Assembly (NCBI GenBank): GCA_008632985.1
Contig: QPGO01000128.1
Coordinates: 124,001 to 188,000, forward strand
DNA from: Psammoneis japonica
Taxonomy: Eukaryota
Direction of reading: 5' to 3'
Length of the DNA stretch: 64,000 nucleotides
Within the stretch, counting starts at the first letter, position 1, and each line of letters opens with the position of its first letter. The notes beneath the pieces were generated by a model. That model ran no database searches. It was not told where the DNA came from and was given only the letters and a program-made list of their open reading frames with translations. A program made the translations under genes and the position numbers. Positions 1 through 13,586 of this stretch are shown here, piece after piece.

Positions 1-499
1 GAACATGGGACGAGGCACAATCAAGACTATTAATTCGTCCTATACATACGAGGAAAACGATGGCCATTGAACCAGTCCATTGAATTCTGTCCCCTTCTTC
101 GGCCTTTTTGACGGGACGTACACAGAATTATCCCAAGCCTTGCTGAGGTCTTTCTCCACTATACCGCCCCTACATACAAATTAAGGCTTGATACTCCTTC
201 TACTTCATACCTGAGAGCCAATGTCGCCCATTACAGTGCACTTTAAGCTTGACTAGCAGTTCGATTAAGTCGTAGAGCATGCCATTGAGACTCTTCGAGA
301 TCAATTCTCTATATATTGGTGGGATCCTCTCAAAAACGAGACTCATAATTCTAGTCAGAATTGGAAATCACACGCGGGTAAGGAAGGTCGTCATAAAGCC
401 CCCCGAGGCCAAATATGCTGAATCAGTTTCTTCATCCGCATCGTTTTCACTGTTGCCAGATTTCGAATTCTCTCATTCCAAATCCAGGATTGTGATTAT

Positions 500-3400
500 G
501 TGACATTGGCTGCCGGGTTGGGAAATTTAGTGCGTTTGAAACTTGCAAGTTTGGAGGATCCTGAAACATGGAACCAGGAAGTTAGACACAAGACGTTGTC
601 GATGTTTGGAACTCCTGTTGTGCAAAAGAACAATCGAGCATCAAGTCGATCCGAGTGGCGCCAATGAGCGTCTCTGCATCGAAGAAAAAAAAAGACTTCG
701 GTGCACGCATCGTTGGGGCTCGAGACTTGGCCTGTTTTGGAATTGAACACTGAGAAAAGCTTGCAGCAGTCGTTAGAGTTGCTGTGAGTCACAACAACCG
801 CCAACAGATGTGGACAAATGGACTTCCTTTTGTCTCGCCCTTTGCCGGCATCGAATTGATTGAGATGTGTCGTCCTTTGCGGGTGCGCGGTGCAGTGCCG
901 CGTGCCGCCGCGACACTGCACATGGCGCAGACAGCAGCAAGTGGGCCGCTCCGAAAAAGCACAGAGCTCCGAAGGGCGAATGGAATCCTGTGTTTCATCC
1001 CAAACCACCATGACGTTCAGCGCCCATGATGGCTCAATTGTTGCCACCTTTTGGTGACAAGAACAACCTTTGTGGAAGAGAAGCAATTGATTTGGTCTCA
1101 CGCAGGTGTCACCTCGGCAACATGAAACATGCTCAGGGTCTGTGTCCCCATCTCCTTGCCAGCTTTTCCTTGTTGGATTGGCTTGCTTTTGCAGCCACTC
1201 TTCATTGCCACATGATCAGCATGCTGGCACTTGCCACCACTGTCTTTTGTTGCCAAGCAGCTGCAGCCTGCAGCTTGCCTCCATTTTCTTTCACAGTCTT
1301 TGGTGCTGCGACTTCCAAGCACATGGCTTGACATTGTTTGATCTGGGGTGCTTGTTTTGACAAAGTGACTTGACACATGCAACCCCAAAGCCACAAACTT
1401 CCATTTGATGCAAGCTTGGCATGATCAGCACTGTGCAGGTTGAGTGACTCTATCATGCTTGAAGGGGTGCCAGCTTGACAGAGGATGCTTGCACAGAGCA
1501 CGCTCCTCACTTTGTTCTTTTTTGCAACTTCAAACCACGCTCCAACTCATCTTGAGCTGCACGTCCAAAGTGATTGGCTGAGTGCAAAGTCCTGCTTGCC
1601 AGGTGCACTTTCAAGTGCCAACTTGTTGTGCCAAAAAGGAAGAGTGAGCTTGTGCACTTACAGCACTGCTTGACAATTTGCAGCTTTCAATGCTTTGGCA
1701 CTCTTGCTGCCCATCTGCCACAAAAGAAAGTTCTTGACATTCTTGTGAAACTCAGTTTTTTGTCATGGCAGTGAATGCCCAGCCAACATGCTGTTTAGTG
1801 GTGGGTCAGATGAGGCAAAAGTTCTTGTCTTGTCTCTCATCCTGCACTGCTTCTGCACACACCTTCTTGCACTGACCAAGTGCTGCAACAACAAGACCAG
1901 CTCCGCTGTGCTTGGGACCAGCTGTTCCTTGCAGTGGTTGAGCAAACCAAGGCTCACAACCTTGTTTTGGCTGCTTGCAAAGCTCAATGCTGGCATTGAC
2001 AAACACTTGCACTCATGAAAAAGCAAAGGAGAAAGCTGAGGGCACTTCTTGGTCTCTTGGCTTTCATCTTGCTTGGATGCTGAGGGATGGAATGCATTGT
2101 TGTGTGACAAATTTCTTAACTCAACTGCTGTGCAGCTGAATGATCTGTTCCAGCTGGTCCAGCAACAATGCTGCACATGCAAGCAAACTTGGCCAGAAAC
2201 TGTGGTTTTGTTGTGCTTGCACTTCACAACAAGCCTGCCCCAAAAAGGTTGCCAAGAAGTCTGCGAGCTGAATGAAACAGAGAACCATCATGAGGAGATC
2301 AGTGGCACCCATTTTGGCAGCCCCGGTCAAACTGATGACAGGTGCCAAGCAAAACAGCAAACATGTGGTCAATCAATCAGAGCAAGTGCAGCTGTCAAAT
2401 CACTTGTTTTTTTCTGTTGTTGGCATGCAAAGTGTGCCCCAAAAAGGTTGCCAAGTCTGTGAACTAAAAATTGGGTGTCTCAGCATTGACAGGAGATCAG
2501 TGGTGACCATTTTGGCAGCTCTGCTCCTAAACACACCAACAAGCAACCAGATGAAAAAATTGTGGCTGCATGACTGCTGCTTTTTTTGCTTGTGTTGCAA
2601 ATGCAGCAAGTTGACGACAGCTGGCAAAGTGTGCCAGCAGATGCAGCAGCAGCAGCAGCAGTGGCATGGCAAGAGCTGGAAGCAGCAACAAAGAAGCACA
2701 AAAATCTGGCAGCAACAATGACATGGTGCCAAAGGAGGCAGCAGCTAATCATGAAAATCATTGTCAAGTGACACAGCAGCAAATGAAGTGGCAGATGACC
2801 CAGCTGTTTGAGCCAAGTGCAGAGAGAAAATCACAACAACAATGCAAAAATGGGGGCACAAGCAACAACAGCAACAGATGGGGCAATGCATCTTTGCCAC
2901 TGTTGCTGCTGCTGTTCACAAGATGATCATGTTGTGGTCATCGTTGTTGTGCTGCATGAGTGGCCACAAAAGCTGTGAGCTCTTCTTTCTGACTTGCTTG
3001 TGCCAGTGACGAGAATGGACATTTTCAACTCATGTTTGTCAGCACATCAATGCACTCTTTTGTCATTGAACAAAGAATGCAGAAAACACAAGCTCTGCCA
3101 TTTGCTGCAAATTTGGCCAGTGCTCAAATCTTTGCAGCAGTGTGTGAATGTCCAAAGGCATTTCACATGGGAGCTCACCTGGAGCTGGAGCACACTGCTG
3201 CTCATCTTGGTGCAGTGGGGTGTGTGAGGAGATGGGCAGAATTTGCCTGCTTCAGTGGAGAGCTGTGCTGAGGCAGAGACATGTTCTTTTGATGATGCAG
3301 GTGCACAAAGAGTGCAGATCACCTGGTGCAGCAAAATGACGTGAAAAGAGCACAGGCACCACTGGGTTGTGTGACACAGAAATTTCACAAGAATGTGGGC

Positions 3401-4800
3401 TTGCAGCCATGGCCTCTCTGGCACATGCACTTGTGCTTGCACCTTCCACTCTCAGCCCATGGTGCCTTCTCCCCACATGCCAAAAATGGGTGTGGAGAGA
3501 TCAGCTCATTTGCAAAGCTGTGCCCAGGCTGGGGCACATTTTTCAGACAAAACAGCACAAGCTTTGATCAGCCCTCTATGTTGACCAGTTGAGCATTGCC
3601 TCTTTTTAGCCCTGCCTTTTTCTGTGCATGGCATCATGGCATGCAGGGCACATGATGCCAGCTGCTGACAGCAAGCAACAGCATCACCCATGTGGCTCTT
3701 CTCTCACAACTTTTGCAATTTCCCTTTTGGGCAGAACTTTTTGTTGTGCAGCCACATGTTGCAGATGGCAACAGCTGCATCACCTGGCATTGAGCTGGTG
3801 CTGAGTGCAGCTTGTGTCATGAATTTGACAACTCTCAGTGCCCTTGTGTTGCACCAAGATTGTGAGGGTTCTTGTCAATGCCTTGGGAGATTCTGGGGTT
3901 TTGTGGAGCCTGATGCTGGCATTGCTGAGATGGAAGAGCATCTTGTGGCTTGCAAGAGTGCAGAAAAGTGCACTGGCACTGCCCAGATTAAAAAGAGGAT
4001 TGGCGCACTAGTTTGGCAGATTTGTGATGAGCAGCGGTGCAAAGTGCACAGAGCCTTCATTGGTGTGGCAGCTGGCAAAGAAAGCAGCGGCAAACAAAGA
4101 AATTGCAACTGTCAGAAAACATGCAAGCTGCAGGCAAAGAATCACCAAACAATGGTGTGTGATGCCAACCAAGTGCTCAAGAATTTCCAAAGTCAAAGCA
4201 ATGACCAGGGAACATGCCAGGAGGATGCACAGCAAGCAGAGACGAGCAGCTTCAGTTGAGCAAGCCAGGAGGCCTGTCAGGAATGCTCAAAAATCAAAAG
4301 AGCTGCTGGGAAACCCTCCAGAATGTGCCTAACCCAACTGAAAAAAAATGCTTTTGCTGGCAAGGTTGCAGACCATCAGGGGCACAAAAAGGGGTGCTGA
4401 GGTCAGTGATTTGCCCCACACATGTGAGAGTGATTTTGGTGTTGTGAAGTTTCCCACATGAAGAAATGGAACTCCTTCCTTTTTGTGCTGTTTTCCCTTG
4501 ATTCCTTGGTGGACCAATTGCAGAGTCAAAACTTTCAGAGCACCAATTGTTTACCATCACTTCCCAAACATCACAGGTGTCGTCCACACTGGGTCAAACT
4601 CTTTTTGAGATGGGATGAGCTGCAGATTTGTTCATGTTAAGACTGCTGACGAGGAGGGTGTGTGCAATCATTCGAGCATTGCTCCCACTGACAAGGACGC
4701 AGGCTCTGATGGCCATGACGATCTGCTGAACTATCACCAATGCGGTTGAACTTTGGTGCCGTCTTTCTTGAATGGACCCATCACAGGTGTTTAATCACTG
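500..4800. other. TpA-depleted (and, from ~1100, CpG-depleted) eroded domain of unknown origin
   Basis: Only ~16 TA dinucleotides seen in 1100-4800, about 11 of them YTAR; TG/CA-rich; overlapping Cys/His/Gln-rich ORFs without recognisable product; internal ~90 bp imperfect duplication at ~2235 and ~2435. Confidence 0.8.
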
Positions 4801-4935
4801 CTGGTAGAGCACACCAACTCTAGTGTAAAAATGGATGACCTTGTTTCTCATCGAGAATGCTATTCACTAAAGCCAGTTTATATTTCTAATCTTTGTACGC
4901 AAAACAATCCCAAGTACCAACTACAAAAATTACAT

Positions 4936-6237
4936 TTATTTCCACAATCGCTGCAAAGAAACATTGTTGTCACCCTCCTTCTTCATGACCTTGGCAACTG
5001 CCTGTTCAAAGTCTTCTTGAGTGACATGGACACGTCGTTCACGCAAGGCAAACATGCCCGCTTCGGTACAGACCGCCTTACACTCAGCACCACTTGCATT
5101 AATCATTTTCTCGGCAATCACTTTCAAATCAATGTTTCGGAGCAAATTCATTTTGCGCGAATGAATCTTCATGATGCTGACCCGGTTCTCCACGTTTGGA
5201 TTGGGGAATTCAATCTTGCGGTCAATACGGCCAGGCCTGAGCAGAGCATTGTCCAAAATGTCTATCCTATTGGTGGCCATGATCACCTTGATGTTTTGGG
5301 CCGGTTCAAAGCCATCCAATTGATTCAAAAGTTCCAACATGGTCCTCTGTACCTCGGAATCACCGCCACCACTGCCGCGAGACGAACCGATGGAATCGAT
5401 TTCATCCATGAAAATAATGGAAGGAGCAGCTTCACGAGCCATGACAAAAAGCTCTCGCACCATGCGACTGCCTTCTCCGATATACTTCTGCACCAACTCG
5501 GCTCCCGACACACGGATAAAGGTACAATCCGTATGATGAGCAACAGCACGAGCCAACAACGTCTTTCCAGTACCAGGAGGACCATACAACAAGACACCCT
5601 TGGGCTGTGCGACTCCCAAACTTTCAAACAGTTCGGGGTGCTTAATGGGCAATTCAATCACCTCTTTGATTTCCATCACTTGCTTCTCGAGACCACCAAT
5701 CATGTCATAAGTCGAGTCTGGAACAGCTTCAACCTTCATCAAACTCACTAGCGGATCCACCTTGGTGGGAAGCATCTTGTGCAGCGTATAAGAATCATTA
5801 CGCAACGCTACTCGCGTGTTTGGTTTCAAATCCTTGACATCGACTTGTCCCTTTTCGACATCCACCACGTACTTGCCCTCGGGATGAATTTTCACGAGAA
5901 TTTTGTCTTGACCCATTTGTTTAATCACTTCACCGACGTAAGAACCGGGTTCTTGTAAATGATGTAATTCTTCACGAAGCATACGAACCTTGGCATTCAA
6001 TTCGTTACGACGAGCCTTGAGGCGTTGCAAATCCGCCGTGCGTTCGGCCAGAGACTATTTTTTTGGGCGTGCAGTAGAAATGTACGTGAGAACAGTACTA
6101 AAAAACAGCAGAAACATACCAATCAATCTATACAACGACCTTACCGTGTCTAATTCACCAATCTTGCTAGAATAGTACTTTGTCATGGTGGATGCACTTG
6201 GCTTGTCGCCATTGAGAATAGTAGTAGCCGTCGACAT
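4936..6237 (-). CDS. RPT6: 26S proteasome AAA-ATPase regulatory subunit Rpt6; exons 6237-6145 and 6054-4936
   Basis: [70 protein letters not shown] intron 6144-6055 joins MSTAT..ELDT to [12 protein letters not shown] in frame. Confidence 0.97.
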
Positions 6238-6575
6238 GGTGTTCTAAGGAAGTTATATGGATGACAACAACAAGAAGAGAAACCGTTGCACAAAAATGCC
6301 GTCGTGTTGTCGCGCGGTGTTCGAACCGCGACGATGAGGATCGAAACAATCGCGCGAATCGACGCGATCCGCCATCAACTCACGACTTACAGTACGATAT
6401 GACACACGACGATTTGCCACGACTGAAGTTTCTCACAAGTTTCTCACTTGATGCCACTTCCAACTTCGCTTCAACGCGTGGCGAAAAAGCAACGAACATG
6501 AACGAAACGTAGGTTCATGTTGACTCGCTGTTTTATGGTTGACCACGTGAACCGTGATTCTGAGACGTACAATCG

Positions 6576-7232
6576 GTGCAATCGATGCGCTCTCTTGAAA
6601 GAATCATTCTAAAAATGCGTGCAACAATGGCCATTCTACATGTCGACAAGGCTCTTCCAAGTAGCCGGCATCATCCTCATGACGACGACGTTCTTGCGGA
6701 TTTGTGCAAGCCACTACCCACACCACGCTCACCTAAAAAGAACAAGCATTTCTATTGTGGAAAAAGAAAGCACATGCAAAAATCAACAATGACAACGACG
6801 ACGCGTCATTTTGTTTCTAACAAAAAGAACGTTGCCACTACCAAAACGGCAATTGACAAGAAGAATCAAGAAAAAGTAGGGTTGAGCGCAAACAGTAGTA
6901 CCAACAAAATGAGTGTCGAAAGAAAAAACAAGTGCATCATTTCAAAACAAGATCCACACGTTGTAGTCTTCAAGAGAATGGAGACTCGAAACGAACAAAA
7001 CAACAATGAATCGCGCGATGAGTCAGAGTCGGTTCAAGAGAACGAATCCGCTGGTCAATGTTGTGAAGAAGAAGAAGATCAAAGCGCTCGTATGGCAATA
7101 AAAATGGAAGAGTCTACGGATGATGCTTTTTATCAAGAGACGGTTGAGCTTTATAAACGTTGCCCCGTCAAGTTAGAAGAGGACTATTTCGGAAAGTACT
7201 TTGATCGCATCGAGGGGGTTGAGTACATTTGA
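6576..7232 (+). CDS. hypothetical low-complexity charged protein
   Basis: 218 aa ORF divergent from RPT6, normal TA content, no recognisable domain. Confidence 0.4.
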   Translation: MQSMRSLERIILKMRATMAILHVDKALPSSRHHPHDDDVLADLCKPLPTPRSPKKNKHFYCGKRKHMQKSTMTTTTRHFVSNKKNVATTKTAIDKKNQEKVGLSANSSTNKMSVERKNKCIISKQDPHVVVFKRMETRNEQNNNESRDESESVQENESAGQCCEEEEDQSARMAIKMEESTDDAFYQETVELYKRCPVKLEEDYFGKYFDRIEGVEYI

Positions 7233-7332
7233 ACAGTCTACACAAGGACAATGGTTCTTCTAGAGCTTGATCGCATCAAGGGGGGTGAGTACATTTGAAC
7301 AGTTTACAAAACGACAATGATTCTTCTAGACC
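7201..7332 (+). repeat. tandem duplication of ~66 bp spanning the stop codon
   Basis: ttgatcgcatcgagggggttgagtacatttgaacag...ttcttctaga occurs twice (7201-7266, 7267-7332). Confidence 0.9.
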
Positions 7333-7679
7333 ACTTTCTTTCATAATAGTACACGGCACATAATAAATTTTGTGTCGGTTGTATTGAGACTTTTTCTCTC
7401 GCGCTTCTGCCATTCATATTTGTATTGCAAAGTTGAGTGACTAAAACAATCGCTTGTATCCAAATTAGGCACAAGAAAGTTGAACTTTCTCACACTACAA
7501 CACTGTTTCTTACTACAATACACTCACACACTATCAGACCATTTCCCTCAACAGCATAGTCCATTCCTGGCTACAAGGAATAGCGGTCGTTTGATCGATC
7601 AAAAACAAAAACGTTTCAGCAGAGCCTGAACCATCTGCTGCAATAGAGAATCAGAACGCATTCGAATCAAGCGTAACTT

Positions 7680-10323
7680 TTATTCACTGTCGTCGCCTTC
7701 ATCGACGTCGTGCATCATGCAAAGATACATCTCCTTCACGGTAGGTCTCCTCATCATTTGTTCCTGAACCGTTACGGACTTGCGTCGTTGCCTTGACCTC
7801 TTGGATCTCCTGTCAGACATGGAGATTTGTACCAGGCTGCACAAGCGACTGTAACTTATCTCGTGGTCTGCTTCAACGGCATTCAACATATCCATCAGGT
7901 GTTTCTTTTCAGGAGGCTTCATGGTCAGCGGGTTTGACGACGAGCCCAAGGCCTCTTTGATATTCCCAACCTTAGCGACCATATAGTGCCACTGACCCGA
8001 TGGATGCTCAGGACTGGCGTTGTCAAACAGCTGCCTCACGTCACGCGCAACGGAAAATGCTTCCAACACCTCCCAGCGTCGAAGCGGCGGAGGAGGAGGA
8101 CGCGCTTTCATCATGGTCATCTCGTGCTGAAGTGCTTCCGTCGGATGCACCTCCACCTTGCGGAGTGGGTCAATGCAGTAGAGGCGAGTGGTACCCCTGT
8201 ATTGATTGCTATAACCCGTCAAGATGCGATCGATCAAGTACATGAAGGCATACCCAAGGTAAGTCAGAAAATACACGATCCCTTGACCAATCCCAATGAA
8301 GAACCCAACTGCTCCACATTGGCGAGCCAAGTTGTCCGGTCTAACAAAAAGCTGCATCGGAGCTTTACAGAGGATGATGAACCAACCGAGAAATCCGGCG
8401 CGGCATCCTTGCGAGAGATCATTCACAGATCCCAAAGCGTATCGCGTGACCGAGTGTCGGACAAACCATTTTTTGCGTTTGACCCTGTAACGAGACAATA
8501 GCCCGGTATCCGAACTATCTTTTTCTACGATAGAGACGTCAAGATTACCCGGTTTCTCTTTCGAAGAATGTTTTCGTTGCAGTAGAGCGGCCATTTCCGT
8601 GGATAATTTGATTTTGTAGTCTGGAAGAATGTACTTGGCGACTCGCGACTCTCCCAAGAGAATACTCACATCACAAAGCATGTTGTCTCTAGGCAAATCG
8701 TCCAAAAAGTGTTCAAGTCCACCAATAATTCCATCCTCTTTGGACATCTTTTCCGCCATCTCCTGAGCGGCCACTTGCGTTTCTTCCTTCTGCAACTCTT
8801 CGAATTTTTCAGTCAAAATCTCTGTCGTCAATTCGGTGACGGGGCACGGGCTTGGACCTACACCGGCACGTTTAACCATTTCCGCCCTACAAACAGAGAG
8901 TCAAGCACAAGAACATTTAGGAAAGCAATTTTCCACGGACGGCGAATACCAAGTTTGTGTAGTAGTGGTAAGCGAGTTGTCGCCTCAAGATCAAGGCGCA
9001 CTTACCACATGAATTGATCTCCGAAAAACGGACACACCAACGTCGGGAGGCCGTATCGCAGTCCTGCAGCAGTTGTTCCAGCACCACCGTGGTGCACCAC
9101 TGCCGAGCACAACGGCAACAACCAATCATGTGGGCATGGCCCGACGTTGTGGCAAAGTGGGGCATCTCCGTCATCCGGGGAGCTGACATCCAACTTGGAC
9201 CAACTACTCTGTACCACAACACGATGCCCAGACGCCTTGGCAGCACCCTTGATCATGCTTTCAAGAGACGGTATGTCCTTGATAATCATACTTCCAAAAC
9301 CCACAAAGATGGGCTTGGGGCCGGCCTCCAGCCATTTGATTAAGTCCTGAAAGCCACTCAAGTCATACTCAGACTTCTTCTTGTCCTTATCCAAAACGAA
9401 GGTCCCAACCACTCGACACTGCTCGGGCCAATCTGCCGGCTTGGGAACAAAAGCAGGCGACCACATGGCGCTAAAGGGGATCTTAGACCGGACAATGGCT
9501 TGTGCTACGCCAGAAGACAGGATCCTTGGTATCTTCAAGGTCTTGTATCTCCAATGATTGATTTGTGGGCCCATGGAGGCCCATAAGATGGACTCGAATG
9601 CACCATATGACTGGGCATTCCTGTCCCTCTTCTGCACATATGACAGACCCGCCATGGGATGCGGGAAGTCGTTGGTCCCGTAATACCACGGTTGTGGGAA
9701 CATTAGATGGAGTGGAATACCGAGAGCTTCGCATACCTGTATAGAATGATCATGAAAGTGCCATCATAAGTCAAAACGTTAGAGAGGAAAGACAGCAGAA
9801 GCAGTTACGGTCTCTTACGCACATGAATATGTCCCACGGAAACCGGATTGGTAATGACGGCGTCGGCCAAGAATGGCTTTGCTTCAAGGTCCTTGGGATC
9901 AGGCTGTGACACGGCGGGCCAGCAGGACTCCGTGATTTGCCTGACCATCTCTGTCTTTTCAGGAATCACTGATGGACTCATAGCTTCGCCCCAAACGGAG
10001 CCACCCGTTTGTACCATCCATGCAGATAGCTGCTTCGGGTCTCCTGCGAGGGGGTAGAACTCAATGTTGCGGGCCATCACGGTCTTACGGTGAACCTCGT
10101 GAGTTGCAATCCGCAGACGATGCCCCTTTTCTTGAAGCTCTAGTGCGAGCCCTACAAAGGGCAAAACGTCACCGTGCGTTCCGCATACGAGGATGCAAAT
10201 AGAAAGCGGTGGGACCTCCAACTCGGGCAGAGGGGATTCTGCATCCATGGCGGTCTCTTTAATGTCTGCCTCAGTCAGCTCCTTGCCAGATGGGATCGAC
10301 GCAAGAGGGGTGCTGCTAGCCAT
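7680..10323 (-). CDS. sterol 3-beta-glucosyltransferase-like GT-B glycosyltransferase, paralogue 1; exons 10323-9823, 9736-9006, 8886-7680
   Basis: [73 protein letters not shown]; two GT-AG introns restore a single frame. Confidence 0.92.
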
Positions 10324-10929
10324 GTTGCCGATGGAGACCTGCAGGCGAATAGAGCGATAATGAGTATGGCAATAACTTGCTGCAACAAAGGCGGCAAGCG
10401 GAGAGAGATGATGTTGCTACAATTCGCCCTTCTTTGCTTGATGCAGCTTATTGCAGAGATGTGAGAAAGATTGCGCTGGACGATGTCTTCGACACCACTC
10501 GCGCGCAGATCAGTCGAAGAAGATCTGACCGCCAGTACGATTTGAGGGGTTTCTCAGTACAAATTGAACGAAGTAATAACACGTGACTGATAGGGTCTGT
10601 CCCGCGACAAACCCCAAACCACTGTACAATGTTCTTTTAGTACAAATTCTACGTAAATTTCTTCGACCAATCTTATGTCAAATTCTTCCAAGGTGGCAGC
10701 TGCGACGCAATACAATGAAATTATACAACCATGAGCAAACGAATGAAGAATTCATACTCCCGATTATTTGCCTGTGTGTGTGTGCGTGTGGCGCGCGAAA
10801 TTCGGACGGACGATCAGAGGGATGTTGCATGTGTTCGTAATCGTTAGACTCTCTAGCTGCTAGAGCAGTTGATGATTCTTCCTTTATTGCCGGCATGCTT
10901 TCGGCTGCACACATACGTTCGGTGTGCAT

Positions 10930-13110
10930 CCATTTCGCGTGCTGAGGTCAACAGTCATTTCTCAACAACATTGGAAGCTGTTGATGATGCTGTGATGATG
11001 GTCATGGCTGGTGTCGTGTGTTGCAAGCTCCTCTGGTGAGCTGTCTTAGTCTTTCGAAGAGACAACAGTTGCTCACCATGTTTTGCTGGCAAACAGCTGG
11101 AAGAACTTCTTCACAAGCCAGCTGTTGAGCAATGGCGCGATGCAGGCCACCACGTGTTGGGGCCGCTGCAAGGGATCCTGCATCATGAGTCGTCCTCTGT
11201 GGAGTCAAGCCAACAAATGCATTTGGAAGGTGACGTGGTTTTCCTTGGTGTGCATGTCAAGAAGCAACAGGGAACCTCCCTGCTGTCTTGCTCCACAGCT
11301 GTGCTGTTGTTGGGACAAGAGACTGCAGCCAGAAATGTTCCGTGCAACGTTGGCTGGAGTGGGGGCTCACCTGCATGCCTGGCACATGTGGGCCCAGACA
11401 ATTTCTTCAAAATGATGGAAGAGGAGTTGGATGCACCAACCTGGAACAATGTCAAGAATCTGCAGTCAGCCAACAAAGCAGACAAGATCTCTCCTCTGAC
11501 TCGATCGGAGTCGGCAGTCAAAGACGGGTGCCCCCAAGAACAAGATGCGTGGCTGTTGCTTGGTGGTGGCAACCCATCCAATGATGGGCAACTCCACCCC
11601 CCACACCTCCTGAACCTCCCCACATGACATGCCAGCAGCCCCAAGCAACATGTGCATGCTGTGTGAGCTCGCCTGCCAACATTGAGTCAAGAGGCGCTCA
11701 GAAGCAACGAGAGGATCAAGCTCCCTCTTTCAAACTCCCACCTTTGTCAGATTGAAAGGATCAAGTTTCCATTTCACCAATGACCCCTCAAGACTCAAAG
11801 ACCCAATGAGAAGATCAAGTTCTGCCTTGCCATTTGATGCCATCCACTTGCTCACAACAAACAACAGCTCCTCTTCATCCCCAGATGCGACACAAGGAAC
11901 CGCTCAATGTGAGAGCCTGGATGGCACAAAGAAGCAAGCATGTGAGCAACAAGAAATGACACAGCACGAGATGCTTGGTGAGCACACTGGCCTGCCTGGT
12001 GGGGGGCATTGAGCTGCAGAACAGTGACTCTCAAGACTCGGCAGTGACAATGTCAAGTGTGCCAAGACATGGACTCATCCTCCATTGCAATGCAAAGGAC
12101 AACCCCAAGGCACCCAAATCTGAACAGCCACACTCTCAGAATTATGACCCGCAGATCCCACCAAAATGCCCCTGGGCTTGGCAGATCTCAAGGTCTTTGA
12201 ACCCAAATGGTGCTCTCCTCAGAAGCACAGAGCAGAACCTGCCGAACAGCCACCTTTTCAGGCTGACCTGGGATCCCTCTCAGGCATTGAAATCTGAAAA
12301 GTCTTTCTCCAAGGTCAACATGGCAGAGCATCTCTCACACAGCCAGCCACATCCCAGAGCTGACTCACACACCACACTGACTGCTCAACTTCAGCTGATC
12401 AGTCACATGACCTTGCAACCCCACGACTGCCATCAAAACCAATCCTCTCCTTTGAGCCTGCAAAAAAAGCTGAAAAATGAAACTGGATGTTCTTGTCTCA
12501 GCAACTCAATCTTGATCTTGAGAAAGCACTGCAAGCTCAGCAAACATCCATCCCAGGCTGCGGCTCAGAACTCTGATCCATTGACATGTGTTGTGGACCC
12601 TTGTCCACCATCATCCACTCCTGTGACACAAAGTTGAACAAACACCTCCCCATGGAGCCAAGCATCCTCTCAAACCAATCAAGGAAACTGTGCTAGAACA
12701 AGACAACTGGCAAGAAGCAATCAAACAAGGAGATTGCAAGTCAGCAGTGCAGCACGTGTCCATCCTGAGAGAGAAACTTCATGACAAAGTTTGCGAAGGC
12801 TGGGAACCACCTTTGCCAAAAGACAAGATCCACAGCCTTCCCAAAGCCTTGGTGGCCCCAATCGGAGGGGCCGATCAAGACATGTCAATCAACGAACGGG
12901 GTGAAGCAATCCCACCCAAATGCATTGGTCACAACCAATCCTTCAAGTTCTGATCAGGGACATCAGGGAACTCAAGGGTCATCTCTGAGGAACTCACCCC
13001 CGGCATGTGCAGAAACATGCTGTGCCACTTGACACATTGCATTGTGTCAGTTCATCTCCATCACCTGCAGACCTGGGTGCTCCTCCAGAAGATTGACTGC
13101 AAGTCAGCCT
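10930..13110 (+). mobile_element. eroded retroelement remnant, probably DIRS/Ngaro-like reverse transcriptase region
   Basis: Broken frames at 12540-13110 read GCGSEL.., ALVAPIG..Q..SINERGEAIPPK..HNQSFKF.SGTSGNSRV.., then DCKSA (RT D-x-K-S-A motif); the only TA seen are TTAG and CTAG. Confidence 0.6.
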
Positions 13111-13586
13111 GCCTTCATACTCAGGATTGGAATCCGACTTTGTTCGATGGGTCATCGCGCCCGGCACGACGTTGAAGCAGAGGGCGGCTGCGGGTACATG
13201 TTATGTGCGGCTCTGGAGAGCATGGCAATGGGCACTGAAATCCCTCAGCAACCCAAGCAGCTAAAGCAGGGCCTGAGTGGGAGTAATAAAGGGAAACGGT
13301 ACCTCACACTAACTACTTCTACACACTTTCTAGCTCCATTCAGTCAATCAGAATAGAAGCGACACAATGGCACAACTCCACGTCTGGTGTGTCCAGCTAC
13401 TTTCTAAAAGCGTTGGACTTGGTCCTCGGAGTTTCGCAAAGACGCACTCGAGCTACATTGCAAGTGGGCGGGCGAGGCAGAATTGACTGAAGCAACTCGC
13501 AAAGTTTTCAAACACAAAGTCATTCAGAGGTGAAGGCAACATAATTACAACTATGCGCAAAAAGAAAAGAGCCCAGCAATGCATCT

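Noticed and set aside
1000..4700. Dense overlapping Cys/His/Gln-rich ORFs in all six frames (also at 22-28 kb and 49-59 kb)
   Set aside because: A by-product of TA loss (fewer TAA/TAG stops, excess TGY/CAY/CAR codons); no coherent products, not metal-binding proteins
4831..5751. 306 aa plus-strand ORF
   Set aside because: Antisense shadow of RPT6
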